NCBI GenBank assembly: GCA_964057225.1 | Contig: CAXKVF010000078.1 | Span: 558,001 to 622,000 of the forward strand | Length of the DNA stretch: 64,000 nt | Reading direction: 5' to 3' | From: Auanema rhodensis | Lineage: Eukaryota; Animalia; Nematoda | Part shown: positions 27,601-44,000 of the stretch, one piece after another | Layout: each line of letters begins with the position of its first letter | How positions within the stretch are numbered: the stretch's first letter is position 1 | Program-made: the position numbers and the translations under genes | The notes under the pieces: generated by a model | Databases searched by the model: none | What the model was told of the DNA's origin: nothing | Seen by the model: only the letters and a program-made list of their open reading frames with translations

Positions 27601-28865
27601 AATAAAAATTTGTTTTTAGACTAATATGGACATGGGGAATCTAATTTTGAAAACCGCATCTCTTTATCTTTCACGTGAAGCGAGTTACATACCAAGTGCA
27701 CATCACGTGTACATTTAATTAGCATAAATTAAAGTTCACGTAAACTTCAAAGTCATGGTTACCATGAAGCAATATCAATAAAAATTTGTTTTTAGACTAA
27801 TATGGACATGGGGAATCTAATTTTGAAAACCGCATCTCTTTATCTTTCACGTGAAGCGAGTTACATACCAAGTGCACATCACGTGTACATTTAATTAGCA
27901 TAAATTAAAGTTCACGTAAATTTCAAAGTCATGGTTACCACGAACCAATATCAATAAAAATTTGTTTTTAGACTAATATGGACATGGGGAATCTAATTTT
28001 GAAAACCGCATCTCTTTATCTTTCACGTGAAGCGAGTTACATACCAAGTGCACATCACGTGTACATTTAATTAGCATAAATTAAAGTTCACGTAAATTTC
28101 AAAGTCATGGTTACCATGAAGCAATATCAATAAAAATTTGTTTTTAGACTAATATGGACATGGGGAATCTAATTTTGAAAACCGCATCTCTTTATCTTTC
28201 ACGTGAAGCGAGTTACATACCAAGTGCACATCACGTGTACATTTAATTAGCATAAATTAAAGTTCACGTAAACTTCAAAGTCATGGTTACCATGAAGCAA
28301 TATCAATAAAAAATGGTTTTTAGACTAATATGGACATGGGGAATCTAATTTTGAAAACCGCATCTCTTTATCTTTCACGTGAAGCGAGTTACATACCAAG
28401 TGCACATCACGTGTACATTTAATTAGCATAAATTAAAGTTCACGTAAATTTCAAAGTCATGGTTACCATGAACCAATATCAATAAAAATTTGTTTTTAGA
28501 CTAATATGGACATGGGGAATCTAATTTTGAAAACCGCATCTCTTTATCTTTCACGTGAAGCGAGTTACATACCAAGTGCACATCACGTGTACATTTAATT
28601 AGCATAAATTAAAGTTCACGTAAATTTCAAAGTCATGGTTACCATGCACCAATATCAATAAAAATTTGTTTTTAGACTAATATGGACAAGGGGAATCTAA
28701 TTTTGAAAACCGCATCTCTTTATCTTTCACGTGAAGCGAGTTACATACCAAGTGCACATCACGTGTACATTTAATTAGCATAAATTAAAGTTCACGTAAA
28801 TTTCAAAGTCATGGTTACCATGAACCAATATCAATAAAAATTTGTTTTTAGACTAATATGGACAT

Positions 28866-31800
28866 GGGGAATCTAATTTTGAAAACCGCATCTCTTTATC
28901 TTTCACGTGAAGCGAGTTACATACCAAGTGCACATCACGTGTACATTTAATTAGCATAAATTAAAGTTCACGTAAATTTCAAAGTCATGGTTACCATGAA
29001 GCAATATCAATAAAAAATGGTTTTTAGACTAATATGGACATGGGGAATCTAATTTTGAAAACCGCATCTCTTTATCTTTCACGTGAAGCGAGTTACATAC
29101 CAAGTGCACATCACGTGTACATTTAATTAGCATAAATTAAAGTTCACGTAAATTTCAAAGTCATGGTTACCATGAACCAATATCAATAAAAATTTGTTTT
29201 TAGACTAATATGGACATGGGGAATCTAATTTTGAAAACCGCATCTCTTTATCTTTCACGTGAAGCGAGTTACATACCAAGTGCACATCACGTGTACATTT
29301 AATTAGCATAAATTAAAGTTCACGTAAATTTCAAAGTCATGGTTACCATGCTCCAATATCAATAAAAATTTGTTTTTAGACTAATATGGACATGGGGAAT
29401 CTAATTTTGAAAACCGCATCTCTTCATCTTTCACGTGAAGCGAGTTACATACCAAGTGCACATCACGTGTACATTTAATTAGCATAAATTAAAGTTCACG
29501 TAAAATTCAAAGTCATGGTTACCATGCACCAATATCAATAAAAATTTGTTTTTAGACTAATATGGACATGGGGAATCTAATTTTGAAAACCGCATCTCTT
29601 TATCTTTCACGTGAAGCGAGTTACATACCAAGTGCACATCACGTGTACATTTAATTAGCATAAATTAAAGTTCACGTAAATTTCAAAGTCATGGTTACCA
29701 TGAACCAATATCAATAAAAATTTGTTTTTAGACTAATATGGACATGGGGAATCTAATTTTGAAAACCGCATCTCTTTATCTTTCACGTGAAGCGAGTTAC
29801 ATACCAAGTGCACATCACGTGTACATTTAATTAGCATAAATTAAAGTTCACGTAAATTTCAAAGTCATGGTTACCATGAACCAATATCAATAAAAATTTG
29901 TTTTTAGACTAATATGGACATGGGGAATCTAATTTTGAAAACCGCATCTCTTTATCTTTCACGTGAAGCGAGTTACATACCAAGTGCACATCACGTGTAC
30001 ATTTAATTAGCATAAATTAAAGTTCACGTAAATTTCAAAGTCATGGTTACCATGAAGCAATATCAATAAAAAATGGTTTTTAGACTAATATGGACATGGG
30101 GAATCTAATTTTGAAAACCGCATCTCTTTATCTTTCACGTGAAGCGAGTTACATACCAAGTGCACATCACGTGTACATTTAATTAGCATAAATTAAAGTT
30201 CACGTAAATTTCAAAGTCATGGTTACCATGAACCAATATCAATAAAAATTTGTTTTTAGACTAATATGGACATGGGGAATCTAATTTTGAAAACCGCATC
30301 TCTTTATCTTTCACGTGAAGCGAGTTACATACCAAGTGCACATCACGTGTACATTTAATTAGCATAAATTAAAGTTCACGTAAATTTCAAAGTCATGGTT
30401 ACCATGCTCCAATATCAATAAAAATTTGTTTTTAGACTAATATGGACATGGGGAATCTAATTTTGAAAACCGCATCTCTTCATCTTTCACGTGAAGCGAG
30501 TTACATACCAAGTGCACATCACGTGTACATTTAATTAGCATAAATTAAAGTTCACGTAAAATTCAAAGTCATGGTTACCATGCACCAATATCAATAAAAA
30601 TTTGTTTTTAGACTAATATGGACATGGGGAATCTAATTTTGAAAACCGCATCTCTTTATCTTTCACGTGAAGCGAGTTACATACCAAGTGCACATCACGT
30701 GTACATTTAATTAGCATAAATTAAAGTTCACGTAAATTTCAAAGTCATGGTTACCATGAACCAATATCAATAAAAATTTGTTTTTAGACTAATATGGACA
30801 TGGGGAATCTAATTTTGAAAACCGCATCTCTTTATCTTTCACGTGAAGCGAGTTACATACCAAGTGCACATCACGTGTACATTTAATTAGCATAAATTAA
30901 AGTTCACGTAAATTTCAAAGTCATGGTTACCATGAAGCAATATCAATAAAAAATGGTTTTTAGACTAATATGGACATGGGGAATCTAATTTTGAAAACCG
31001 CATCTCTTTATCTTTCACGTGAAGCGAGTTACATACCAAGTGCACATCACGTGTACATTTAATTAGCATAAATTAAAGTTCACGTAAATTTCAAAGTCAT
31101 GGTTACCATGAACCAATATCAATAAAAATTTGTTTTTAGACTAATATGGACATGGGGAATCTAATTTTGAAAACCGCATCTCTTTATCTTTCACGTGAAG
31201 CGAGTTACATACCAAGTGCACATCACGTGTACATTTAATTAGCATAAATTAAAGTTCACGTAAATTTCAAAGTCATGGTTACCATGCTCCAATATCAATA
31301 AAAATTTGTTTTTAGACTAATATGGACATGGGGAATCTAATTTTGAAAACCGCATCTCTTCATCTTTCACGTGAAGCGAGTTACATACCAAGTGCACATC
31401 ACGTGTACATTTAATTAGCATAAATTAAAGTTCACGTAAAATTCAAAGTCATGGTTACCATGCACCAATATCAATAAAAATTTGTTTTTAGACTAATATG
31501 GACATGGGGAATCTAATTTTGAAAACCGCATCTCTTTATCTTTCACGTGAAGCGAGTTACATACCAAGTGCACATCACGTGTACATTTAATTAGCATAAA
31601 TTAAAGTTCACGTAAATTTCAAAGTCATGGTTACCATGAACCAATATCAATAAAAATTTGTTTTTAGACTAATATGGACATGGGGAATCTAATTTTAAAA
31701 ACCGCATCTCTTTATCTTTCACGTGAAGCGAGTTACATACCAAGTGCACATCACGTGTACATTTAATTAGCATAAATTAAAGTTCACGTAAACTTCAAAG

Positions 31801-34800
31801 TCATGGTTACCATGAACCAATATCAATAAAAATTTGTTTTTAGACTAATATGGACATGGGGAATCTAATTTTGAAAACCGCATCTCTTTATCTTTCACGT
31901 GAAGCGAGTTACATACCAAGTGCACATCACGTGTACATTTAATTAGCATAAATTAAAGTTCACGTAAATTTCAAAGTCATGGTTACCATGAACCAATATC
32001 AATAAAAATTTGTTTTTAGACTAATATGGACATGGGGAATCTAATTTTAAAAACCGCATCTCTTTATCTTTCACGTGAAGCGAGTTACATACCAAGTGCA
32101 CATCACGTGTACATTTAATTAGCATAAATTAAAGTTCACGTAAATTTCAAAGTCATGGTTACCATGAACCAATATCAATAAAAATTTGTTTTTAGACTAA
32201 TATGGACATGGGGAATCTAATTTTGAAAACCGCATTTCTTTATCTTTCACGTGAAGCGAGTTACATACCAAGTGCACATCACGTGTACATTTAATTAGCA
32301 TAAATTAAAGTTCACGTAAACTTCAAAGTCATGGTTACCATGAACCAATATCAATAAAAATTTGTTTTTAGACTAATATGGACATGGGGAATCTAATTTT
32401 GAAAACCGCATCTCTTTATCTTTCACGTGAAGCGAGTTACATACCAAGTGCACATCACGTGTACATTTAATTAGCATAAATTAAAGTTCACGTAAATTTC
32501 AAAGTCATGGTTACCATGAAGCAATATCAATAAAAAATGGTTTTTAGACTAATATGGACATGGGGAATCTAATTTTGAAAACCGCATCTCTTTATCTTTC
32601 ACGTGAAGCGAGTTACATACCAAGTGCACATCACGTGTACATTTAATTAGCATAAATTAAAGTTCACGTAAATTTCAAAGTCATGGTTACCATGAACCAA
32701 TATCAATAAAAATTTGTTTTTAGACTAATATGGACATGGGGAATCTAATTTTGAAAACCGCATCTCTTTATCTTTCACGTGAAGCGAGTTACATACCAAG
32801 TGCACATCACGTGTACATTTAATTAGCATAAATTAAAGTTCACGTAAATTTCAAAGTCATGGTTACCATGCTCCAATATCAATAAAAATTTGTTTTTAGA
32901 CTAATATGGACATGGGGAATCTAATTTTGAAAACCGCATCTCTTCATCTTTCACGTGAAGCGAGTTACATACCAAGTGCACATCACGTGTACATTTAATT
33001 AGCATAAATTAAAGTTCACGTAAAATTCAAAGTCATGGTTACCATGCACCAATATCAATAAAAATTTGTTTTTAGACTAATATGGACATGGGGAATCTAA
33101 TTTTGAAAACCGCATCTCTTTATCTTTCACGTGAAGCGAGTTACATACCAAGTGCACATCACGTGTACATTTAATTAGCATAAATTAAAGTTCACGTAAA
33201 TTTCAAAGTCATGGTTACCATGAACCAATATCAATAAAAATTTGTTTTTAGACTAATATGGACATGGGGAATCTAATTTTGAAAACCGCATCTCTTTATC
33301 TTTCACGTGAAGCGAGTTACATACCAAGTGCACATCACGTGTACATTTAATTAGCATAAATTAAAGTTCACGTAAATTTCAAAGTCATGGTTACCATGAA
33401 CCAATATCAATAAAAATTTGTTTTTAGACTAATATGGACATGGGGAATCTAATTTTGAAAACCGCATCTCTTTATCTTTCACGTGAAGCGAGTTACATAC
33501 CAAGTGCACATCACGTGTACATTTAATTAGCATAAATTAAAGTTCACGTAAATTTCAAAGTCATGGTTACCATGAAGCAATATCAATAAAAAATGGTTTT
33601 TAGACTAATATGGACATGGGGAATCTAATTTTGAAAACCGCATCTCTTTATCTTTCACGTGAAGCGAGTTACATACCAAGTGCACATCACGTGTACATTT
33701 AATTAGCATAAATTAAAGTTCACGTAAAATTCAAAGTCATGGTTACCATGAACCAATATCAATAAAAATTTGTTTTTAGACTAATATGGACATGGGGAAT
33801 CTAATTTTGAAAACCGCATCTCTTTATCTTTCACGTGAAGCGAGTTACATACCAAGTGCACATCACGTGTACATTTAATTAGCATAAATTAAAGTTCACG
33901 TAAATTTCAAAGTCATGGTTACCATGAACCAATATCAATAAAAATTTGTTTTTAGACTAATATGGACATGGGGAATCTAATTTTGAAAACCGCATCTCTT
34001 TATCTTTCACGTGAAGCGAGTTACATACCAAGTGCACATCACGTGTACATTTAATTAGCATAAATTAAAGTTCACGTAAATTTCAAAGTCATGGTTACCA
34101 TGAAGCAATATCAATAAAAAATGGTTTTTAGACTAATATGGACATGGGGAATCTAATTTTGAAAACCGCATCTCTTTATCTTTCACGTGAAGCGAGTTAC
34201 ATACCAAGTGCACATCACGTGTACATTTAATTAGCATAAATTAAAGTTCACGTAAATTTCAAAGTCATGGTTACCATGAACCAATATCAATAAAAATTTG
34301 TTTTTAGACTAATATGGACATGGGGAATCTAATTTTGAAAACCGCATCTCTTTATCTTTCACGTGAAGCGAGTTACATACCAAGTGCACATCACGTGTAC
34401 ATTTAATTAGCATAAATTAAAGTTCACGTAAATTTCAAAGTCATGGTTACCATGCTCCAATATCAATAAAAATTTGTTTTTAGACTAATATGGACATGGG
34501 GAATCTAATTTTGAAAACCGCATCTCTTCATCTTTCACGTGAAGCGAGTTACATACCAAGTGCACATCACGTGTACATTTAATTAGCATAAATTAAAGTT
34601 CACGTAAAATTCAAAGTCATGGTTACCATGCACCAATATCAATAAAAATTTGTTTTTAGACTAATATGGACATGGGGAATCTAATTTTGAAAACCGCATC
34701 TCTTTATCTTTCACGTGAAGCGAGTTACATACCAAGTGCACATCACGTGTACATTTAATTAGCATAAATTAAAGTTCACGTAAATTTCAAAGTCATGGTT

Positions 34801-37800
34801 ACCATGAACCAATATCAATAAAAATTTGTTTTTAGACTAATATGGACATGGGGAATCTAATTTTGAAAACCGCATCTCTTTATCTTTCACGTGAAGCGAG
34901 TTACATACCAAGTGCACATCACGTGTACATTTAATTAGCATAAATTAAAGTTCACGTAAATTTCAAAGTCATGGTTACCATGAAGCAATATCAATAAAAA
35001 ATGGTTTTTAGACTAATATGGACATGGGGAATCTAATTTTGAAAACCGCATCTCTTTATCTTTCACGTGAAGCGAGTTACATACCAAGTGCACATCACGT
35101 GTACATTTAATTAGCATAAATTAAAGTTCACGTAAATTTCAAAGTCATGGTTACCATGAACCAATATCAATAAAAATTTGTTTTTAGACTAATATGGACA
35201 TGGGGAATCTAATTTTGAAAACCGCATCTCTTTATCTTTCACGTGAAGCGAGTTACATACCAAGTGCACATCACGTGTACATTTAATTAGCATAAATTAA
35301 AGTTCACGTAAATTTCAAAGTCATGGTTACCATGCTCCAATATCAATAAAAATTTGTTTTTAGACTAATATGGACATGGGGAATCTAATTTTGAAAACCG
35401 CATCTCTTCATCTTTCACGTGAAGCGAGTTACATACCAAGTGCACATCACGTGTACATTTAATTAGCATAAATTAAAGTTCACGTAAAATTCAAAGTCAT
35501 GGTTACCATGCACCAATATCAATAAAAATTTGTTTTTAGACTAATATGGACATGGGGAATCTAATTTTGAAAACCGCATCTCTTTATCTTTCACGTGAAG
35601 CGAGTTACATACCAAGTGCACATCACGTGTACATTTAATTAGCATAAATTAAAGTTCACGTAAATTTCAAAGTCATGGTTACCATGAACCAATATCAATA
35701 AAAATTTGTTTTTAGACTAATATGGACATGGGGAATCTAATTTTAAAAACCGCATCTCTTTATCTTTCACGTGAAGCGAGTTACATACCAAGTGCACATC
35801 ACGTGTACATTTAATTAGCATAAATTAAAGTTCACGTAAACTTCAAAGTCATGGTTACCATGAACCAATATCAATAAAAATTTGTTTTTAGACTAATATG
35901 GACATGGGGAATCTAATTTTGAAAACCGCATCTCTTTATCTTTCACGTGAAGCGAGTTACATACCAAGTGCACATCACGTGTACATTTAATTAGCATAAA
36001 TTAAAGTTCACGTAAATTTCAAAGTCATGGTTACCATGAACCAATATCAATAAAAATTTGTTTTTAGACTAATATGGACATGGGGAATCTAATTTTAAAA
36101 ACCGCATCTCTTTATCTTTCACGTGAAGCGAGTTACATACCAAGTGCACATCACGTGTACATTTAATTAGCATAAATTAAAGTTCACGTAAATTTCAAAG
36201 TCATGGTTACCATGAACCAATATCAATAAAAATTTGTTTTTAGACTAATATGGACATGGGGAATCTAATTTTGAAAACCGCATTTCTTTATCTTTCACGT
36301 GAAGCGAGTTACATACCAAGTGCACATCACGTGTACATTTAATTAGCATAAATTAAAGTTCACGTAAACTTCAAAGTCATGGTTACCATGAACCAATATC
36401 AATAAAAATTTGTTTTTAGACTAATATGGACATGGGGAATCTAATTTTGAAAACCGCATCTCTTTATCTTTCACGTGAAGCGAGTTACATACCAAGTGCA
36501 CATCACGTGTACATTTAATTAGCATAAATTAAAGTTCACGTAAATTTCAAAATCATGGTTACCATGAAGCAATATCAATAAAAATTTGTTTTTAGACTAA
36601 TATGGACATGGGGAATCTAATTTTGAAAACCGCATCTCTTTATCTTTCACGTGAAGCGAGTTACATACCAAGTGCACATCACGTGTACATTTAATTAGCA
36701 TAAATTAAAGTTCACGTAAATTTCAAAGTCATGGTTACCATGCACCAATATCAATAAAAATTTGTTTTTAGACTAATATGGACATGGGGAATCTAATTTT
36801 GAAAACCGCATCTCTTTATCTTTCACGTGAAGCGAGTTACATACCAAGTGCACATCACGTGTACATTTAATTAGCATAAATTAAAGTTCACGTAAATTTC
36901 AAAGTCATGGTTACCATGCTCCAATATCAATAAAAATTTGTTTTTAGACTAATATGGACATGGGGAATCTAATTTTGAAAACCGCATCTCTTCATCTTTC
37001 ACGTGAAGCGAGTTACATACCAAGTGCACATCACGTGTACATTTAATTAGCATAAATTAAAGTTCACGTAAATTTCAAAGTCATGGTTACCATGAAGCAA
37101 TATCAATAAAAAATGGTTTTTAGACTAATATGGACATGGGGAATCTAATTTTGAAAACCGCATCTCTTTATCTTTCACGTGAAGCGAGTTACATACCAAG
37201 TGCACATCACGTGTACATTTAATTAGCATAAATTAAAGTTCACGTAAATTTCAAAGTCATGGTTACCATGAACCAATATCAATAAAAATTTGTTTTTAGA
37301 CTAATATGGACATGGGGAATCTAATTTTGAAAACCGCATCTCTTTATCTTTCACGTGAAGCGAGTTACATACCAAGTGCACATCACGTGTACATTTAATT
37401 AGCATAAATTAAAGTTCACGTAAATTTCAAAGTCATGGTTACCATGCTCCAATATCAATAAAAATTTGTTTTTAGACTAATATGGACATGGGGAATCTAA
37501 TTTTGAAAACCGCATCTCTTCATCTTTCACGTGAAGCGAGTTACATACCAAGTGCACATCACGTGTACATTTAATTAGCATAAATTAAAGTTCACGTAAA
37601 ATTCAAAGTCATGGTTACCATGCACCAATATCAATAAAAATTTGTTTTTAGACTAATATGGACATGGGGAATCTAATTTTGAAAACCGCATCTCTTTATC
37701 TTTCACGTGAAGCGAGTTACATACCAAGTGCACATCACGTGTACATTTAATTAGCATAAATTAAAGTTCACGTAAATTTCAAAGTCATGGTTACCATGAA

Positions 37801-40800
37801 CCAATATCAATAAAAATTTGTTTTTAGACTAATATGGACATGGGGAATCTAATTTTAAAAACCGCATCTCTTTATCTTTCACGTGAAGCGAGTTACATAC
37901 CAAGTGCACATCACGTGTACATTTAATTAGCATAAATTAAAGTTCACGTAAACTTCAAAGTCATGGTTACCATGAACCAATATCAATAAAAATTTGTTTT
38001 TAGACTAATATGGACATGGGGAATCTAATTTTGAAAACCGCATCTCTTTATCTTTCACGTGAAGCGAGTTACATACCAAGTGCACATCACGTGTACATTT
38101 AATTAGCATAAATTAAAGTTCACGTAAATTTCAAAGTCATGGTTACCATGAACCAATATCAATAAAAATTTGTTTTTAGACTAATATGGACATGGGGAAT
38201 CTAATTTTAAAAACCGCATCTCTTTATCTTTCACGTGAAGCGAGTTACATACCAAGTGCACATCACGTGTACATTTAATTAGCATAAATTAAAGTTCACG
38301 TAAATTTCAAAGTCATGGTTACCATGAACCAATATCAATAAAAATTTGTTTTTAGACTAATATGGACATGGGGAATCTAATTTTGAAAACCGCATTTCTT
38401 TATCTTTCACGTGAAGCGAGTTACATACCAAGTGCACATCACGTGTACATTTAATTAGCATAAATTAAAGTTCACGTAAACTTCAAAGTCATGGTTACCA
38501 TGAACCAATATCAATAAAAATTTGTTTTTAGACTAATATGGACATGGGGAATCTAATTTTGAAAACCGCATCTCTTTATCTTTCACGTGAAGCGAGTTAC
38601 ATACCAAGTGCACATCACGTGTACATTTAATTAGCATAAATTAAAGTTCACGTAAATTTCAAAATCATGGTTACCATGAAGCAATATCAATAAAAATTTG
38701 TTTTTAGACTAATATGGACATGGGGAATCTAATTTTGAAAACCGCATCTCTTTATCTTTCACGTGAAGCGAGTTACATACCAAGTGCACATCACGTGTAC
38801 ATTTAATTAGCATAAATTAAAGTTCACGTAAATTTCAAAGTCATGGTTACCATGCACCAATATCAATAAAAATTTGTTTTTAGACTAATATGGACATGGG
38901 GAATCTAATTTTGAAAACCGCATCTCTTTATCTTTCACGTGAAGCGAGTTACATACCAAGTGCACATCACGTGTACATTTAATTAGCATAAATTAAAGTT
39001 CACGTAAATTTCAAAGTCATGGTTACCATGCTCCAATATCAATAAAAATTTGTTTTTAGACTAATATGGACATGGGGAATCTAATTTTGAAAACCGCATC
39101 TCTTCATCTTTCACGTGAAGCGAGTTACATACCAAGTGCACATCACGTGTACATTTAATTAGCATAAATTAAAGTTCACGTAAAATTCAAAGTCATGGTT
39201 ACCATGCACCAATATCAATAAAAATTTGTTTTTAGACTAATATGGACATGGGGAATCTAATTTTGAAAACCGCATCTCTTTATCTTTCACGTGAAGCGAG
39301 TTACATACCAAGTGCACATCACGTGTACATTTAATTAGCATAAATTAAAGTTCACGTAAATTTCAAAGTCATGGTTACCATGAACCAATATCAATAAAAA
39401 TTTGTTTTTAGACTAATATGGACATGGGGAATCTAATTTTAAAAACCGCATCTCTTTATCTTTCACGTGAAGCGAGTTACATACCAAGTGCACATCACGT
39501 GTACATTTAATTAGCATAAATTAAAGTTCACGTAAACTTCAAAGTCATGGTTACCATGAACCAATATCAATAAAAATTTGTTTTTAGACTAATATGGACA
39601 TGGGGAATCTAATTTTGAAAACCGCATCTCTTTATCTTTCACGTGAAGCGAGTTACATACCAAGTGCACATCACGTGTACATTTAATTAGCATAAATTAA
39701 AGTTCACGTAAATTTCAAAGTCATGGTTACCATGAACCAATATCAATAAAAATTTGTTTTTAGACTAATATGGACATGGGGAATCTAATTTTGAAAACCG
39801 CATCTCTTTATCTTTCACGTGAAGCGAGTTACATACCAAGTGCACATCACGTGTACATTTAATTAGCATAAATTAAAGTTCACGTAAATTTCAAAGTCAT
39901 GGTTACCATGCACCAATATCAATAAAAATTTGTTTTTAGACTAATATGGACATGGGGAATCTAATTTTGAAAACCGCATCTCTTTATCTTTCACGTGAAG
40001 CGAGTTACATACCAAGTGCACATCACGTGTACATTTAATTAGCATAAATTAAAGTTCACGTAAATTTCAAAGTCATGGTTACCATGCACCAATATCAATA
40101 AAAATTTGTTTTTAGACTAATATGGACATGGGGAATCTAATTTTGAAAACCGCATCTCTTTATCTTTCACGTGAAGCGAGTTACATACCAAGTGCACATC
40201 ACGTGTACATTTAATTAGCATAAATTAAAGTTCACGTAAATTTCAAAGTCATGGTTACCATGAACCAATATCAATAAAAATTTGTTTTTAGACTAATATG
40301 GACATGGGGAATCTAATTTTGAAAACCGCATCTCTTTATCTTTCACGTGAAGCGAGTTACATACCAAGTGCACATCACGTGTACATTTAATTAGCATAAA
40401 TTAAAGTTCACGTAAATTTCAAAGTCATGGTTACCATGCTCCAATATCAATAAAAATTTGTTTTTAGACTAATATGGACATGGGGAATCTAATTTTGAAA
40501 ACCGCATCTCTTCATCTTTCACGTGAAGCGAGTTACATACCAAGTGCACATCACGTGTACATTTAATTAGCATAAATTAAAGTTCACGTAAAATTCAAAG
40601 TCATGGTTACCATGCACCAATATCAATAAAAATTTGTTTTTAGACTAATATGGACATGGGGAATCTAATTTTGAAAACCGCATCTCTTTATCTTTCACGT
40701 GAAGCGAGTTACATACCAAGTGCACATCACGTGTACATTTAATTAGCATAAATTAAAGTTCACGTAAATTTCAAAGTCATGGTTACCATGAACCAATATC

Positions 40801-41000
40801 AATAAAAATTTGTTTTTAGACTAATATGGACATGGGGAATCTAATTTTAAAAACCGCATCTCTTTATCTTTCACGTGAAGCGAGTTACATACCAAGTGCA
40901 CATCACGTGTACATTTAATTAGCATAAATTAAAGTTCACGTAAACTTCAAAGTCATGGTTACCATGAACCAATATCAATAAAAATTTGTTTTTAGACTAA
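28866..41000. repeat. Sub-array domain defined by A134C+A135T (ATGCTCC) followed by a T32C monomer; nested 5/6/9/12/23-monomer repeats
   Basis: CTCC variant at 29351, 30407, 31287, 32871, 34455, 35335, 36919, 37447, 39031 and 40439; not seen elsewhere. Offsets of 4048 and 2112 bp recur and are shared by G16A (31697/35745/37857). Confidence 0.85.
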
Positions 41001-44000
41001 TATGGACATGGGGAATCTAATTTTGAAAACCGCATCTCTTTATCTTTCACGTGAAGCGAGTTACATACCAAGTGCACATCACGTGTACATTTAATTAGCA
41101 TAAATTAAAGTTCACGTAAATTTCAAAGTCATGGTTACCATGAACCAATATCAATAAAAATTTGTTTTTAGACTAATATGGACATGGGGAATCTAATTTT
41201 AAAAACCGCATCTCTTTATCTTTCACGTGAAGCGAGTTACATACCAAGTGCACATCACGTGTACATTTAATTAGCATAAATTAAAGTTCACGTAAACTTC
41301 AAAGTCATGGTTACCATGAACCAATATCAATAAAAATTTGTTTTTAGACTAATATGGACATGGGGAATCTAATTTTGAAAACCGCATCTCTTTATCTTTC
41401 ACGTGAAGCGAGTTACATACCAAGTGCACATCACGTGTACATTTAATTAGCATAAATTAAAGTTCACGTAAATTTCAAAATCATGGTTACCATGAAGCAA
41501 TATCAATAAAAATTTGTTTTTAGACTAATATGGACATGGGAATCTAATTTTGAAAACCGCATCTCTTTATCTTTCACGTGAAGCGAGTTACATACCAAGT
41601 GCACATCACGTGTACATTTAATTAGCATAAATTAAAGTTCACGTAAATTTCAAAGTCATGGTTACCATGCACCAATATCAATAAAAATTTGTTTTTAGAC
41701 TAATATGGACATGGGGAATCTAATTTTGAAAACCGCATCTCTTTATCTTTCACGTGAAGCGAGTTACATACCAAGTGCACATCACGTGTACATTTAATTA
41801 GCATAAATTAAAGTTCACGTAAATTTCAAAGTCATGGTTACCATGAACCAATATCAATAAAAATTTGTTTTTAGACTAATATGGACATGGGAATCTAATT
41901 TTGAAAACCGCATCTCTTTATCTTTCACGTGAAGCGAGTTACATACCAAGTGCACATCACGTGTACATTTAATTAGCATAAATTAAAGTTCACGTAAATT
42001 TCAAAGTCATGGTTACCATGAACCAATATCAATAAAAATTTGTTTTTAGACTAATATGGACATGGGGAATCTAATTTTGAAAACCGCATCTCTTTATCTT
42101 TCACGTGAAGCGAGTTACATACCAAGTGCACATCACGTGTACATTTAATTAGCATAAATTAAAGTTCACGTAAATTTCAAAGTCATGGTTACCATGAACC
42201 AATATCAATAAAAATTTGTTTTTAGACTAATATGGACATGGGGAATCTAATTTTGAAAACCGCATCTCTTTATCTTTCACGTGAAGCGAGTTACATACCA
42301 AGTGCACATCACGTGTACATTTAATTAGCATAAATTAAAGTTCACGTAAATTTCAAAGTCATGGTTACCATGAACCAATATCAATAAAAATTTGTTTTTA
42401 GACTAATATGGACATGGGGAATCTAATTTTGAAAACCGCATTTCTTTATCTTTCACGTGAAGCGAGTTACATACCAAGTGCACATCACGTGTACATTTAA
42501 TTAGCATAAATTAAAGTTCACGTAAATTTCAAAGTCATGGTTACCATGAAGCAATATCAATAAAAATTTGTTTTTAGACTAATATGGACATGGGGAATCT
42601 AATTTTGAAAACCGCATCTCTTTATCTCTCACGTGAAGCGAGTTACATACCAAGTGCACATCACGTGTACATTTAATTAGCATAAATTAAAGTTCACGTA
42701 AATTTCAAAGTCATGGTTACCAAGAACCAATATCAATAAAAATTTGTTTTTAGACTAATATGGACATGGGGAATCTAATTTTGAAAACCGCATCTCTTTA
42801 TCTTTCACGTGAAGCGAGTTACATACCAAGTGCACATCACGTGTACATTTAATTAGCATAAATTAAAGTTCACGTAAATTTCAAAGTCATGGTTACCATG
42901 AACCAATATCAATAAAAATTTGTTTTTAGACTAATATGGACATGGGAATCTAATTTTGAAAACCGCATTTCTTTATCTTTCACGTGAAGCGAGTTACATA
43001 CCAAGTGCACATCACGTGTACATTTAATTAGCATAAATTAAAATTCACGTAAATTTCAAAGTCATGGTTACCATGCACCAATATCAATAAAAATTTGTTT
43101 TTAGACTAATATGGACATGGGGAATCTAATTTTGAAAACCGCATCTCTTTATCTTTCACGTGAAGCGAGTTACATACCAAGTGCACATCACGTGTACATT
43201 TAATTAGCATAAATTAAAGTTCACGTAAATTTCAAAGTCATGGTTACCATGCACCAATATCAATAAAAATTTGTTTTAGACTAATATGGACATGGGGAAT
43301 CTAATTTGGAAAACCGCATCTCTTTATCTTTCACGTGAAGCGAGTTACATACCAAGTGCACATCACGTGTACATTTAATTAGCATAAATTAAAGTTCACG
43401 TAAATTTCAAAGTCATGGTTACCATGAACCAATATCAATAAAAATTTGTTTTTAGACTAATATGGACATGGGGAATCTAATTTTGAAAACCGCATCTCTT
43501 TATCTTTCACGTGAAGCGAGTTACATACCAAGTGCACATCACGTGTACATTTAATTAGCATAAATTAAAGTTCACGTAAATTTCAAAGTCATGGTTACCA
43601 CGAACCAATATCAAAAAAAATTTGTTTTTAGACTAATATGGACATGGGGAATCTAATTTGAAAACCGCATCTCTTTATCTTTCACGTGAAGCGAGTTACA
43701 TACCAAGTGCACATCACGTGTACATTTAATTAGCATAAATTAAAGTTCACGTAAATTTCAAAGTCATGGTTACCATGAACCAATATCAATAAAAATTTGT
43801 TTTTAGTCTAATATGGACATGGGGAATCTAATTTTGAAAACCGCATCTCTTTATCTTTCACGTGAAGCGAGTTACATACCAAGTGCACATCACGTGTACA
43901 TTTAATTAGCATAAATTAAAGTTCACGTAAACTTCAAAGTCATGGTTACCATGAAGCAATATCAATAAAAATTTGTTTTTAGACTAATATGGACATGGGG

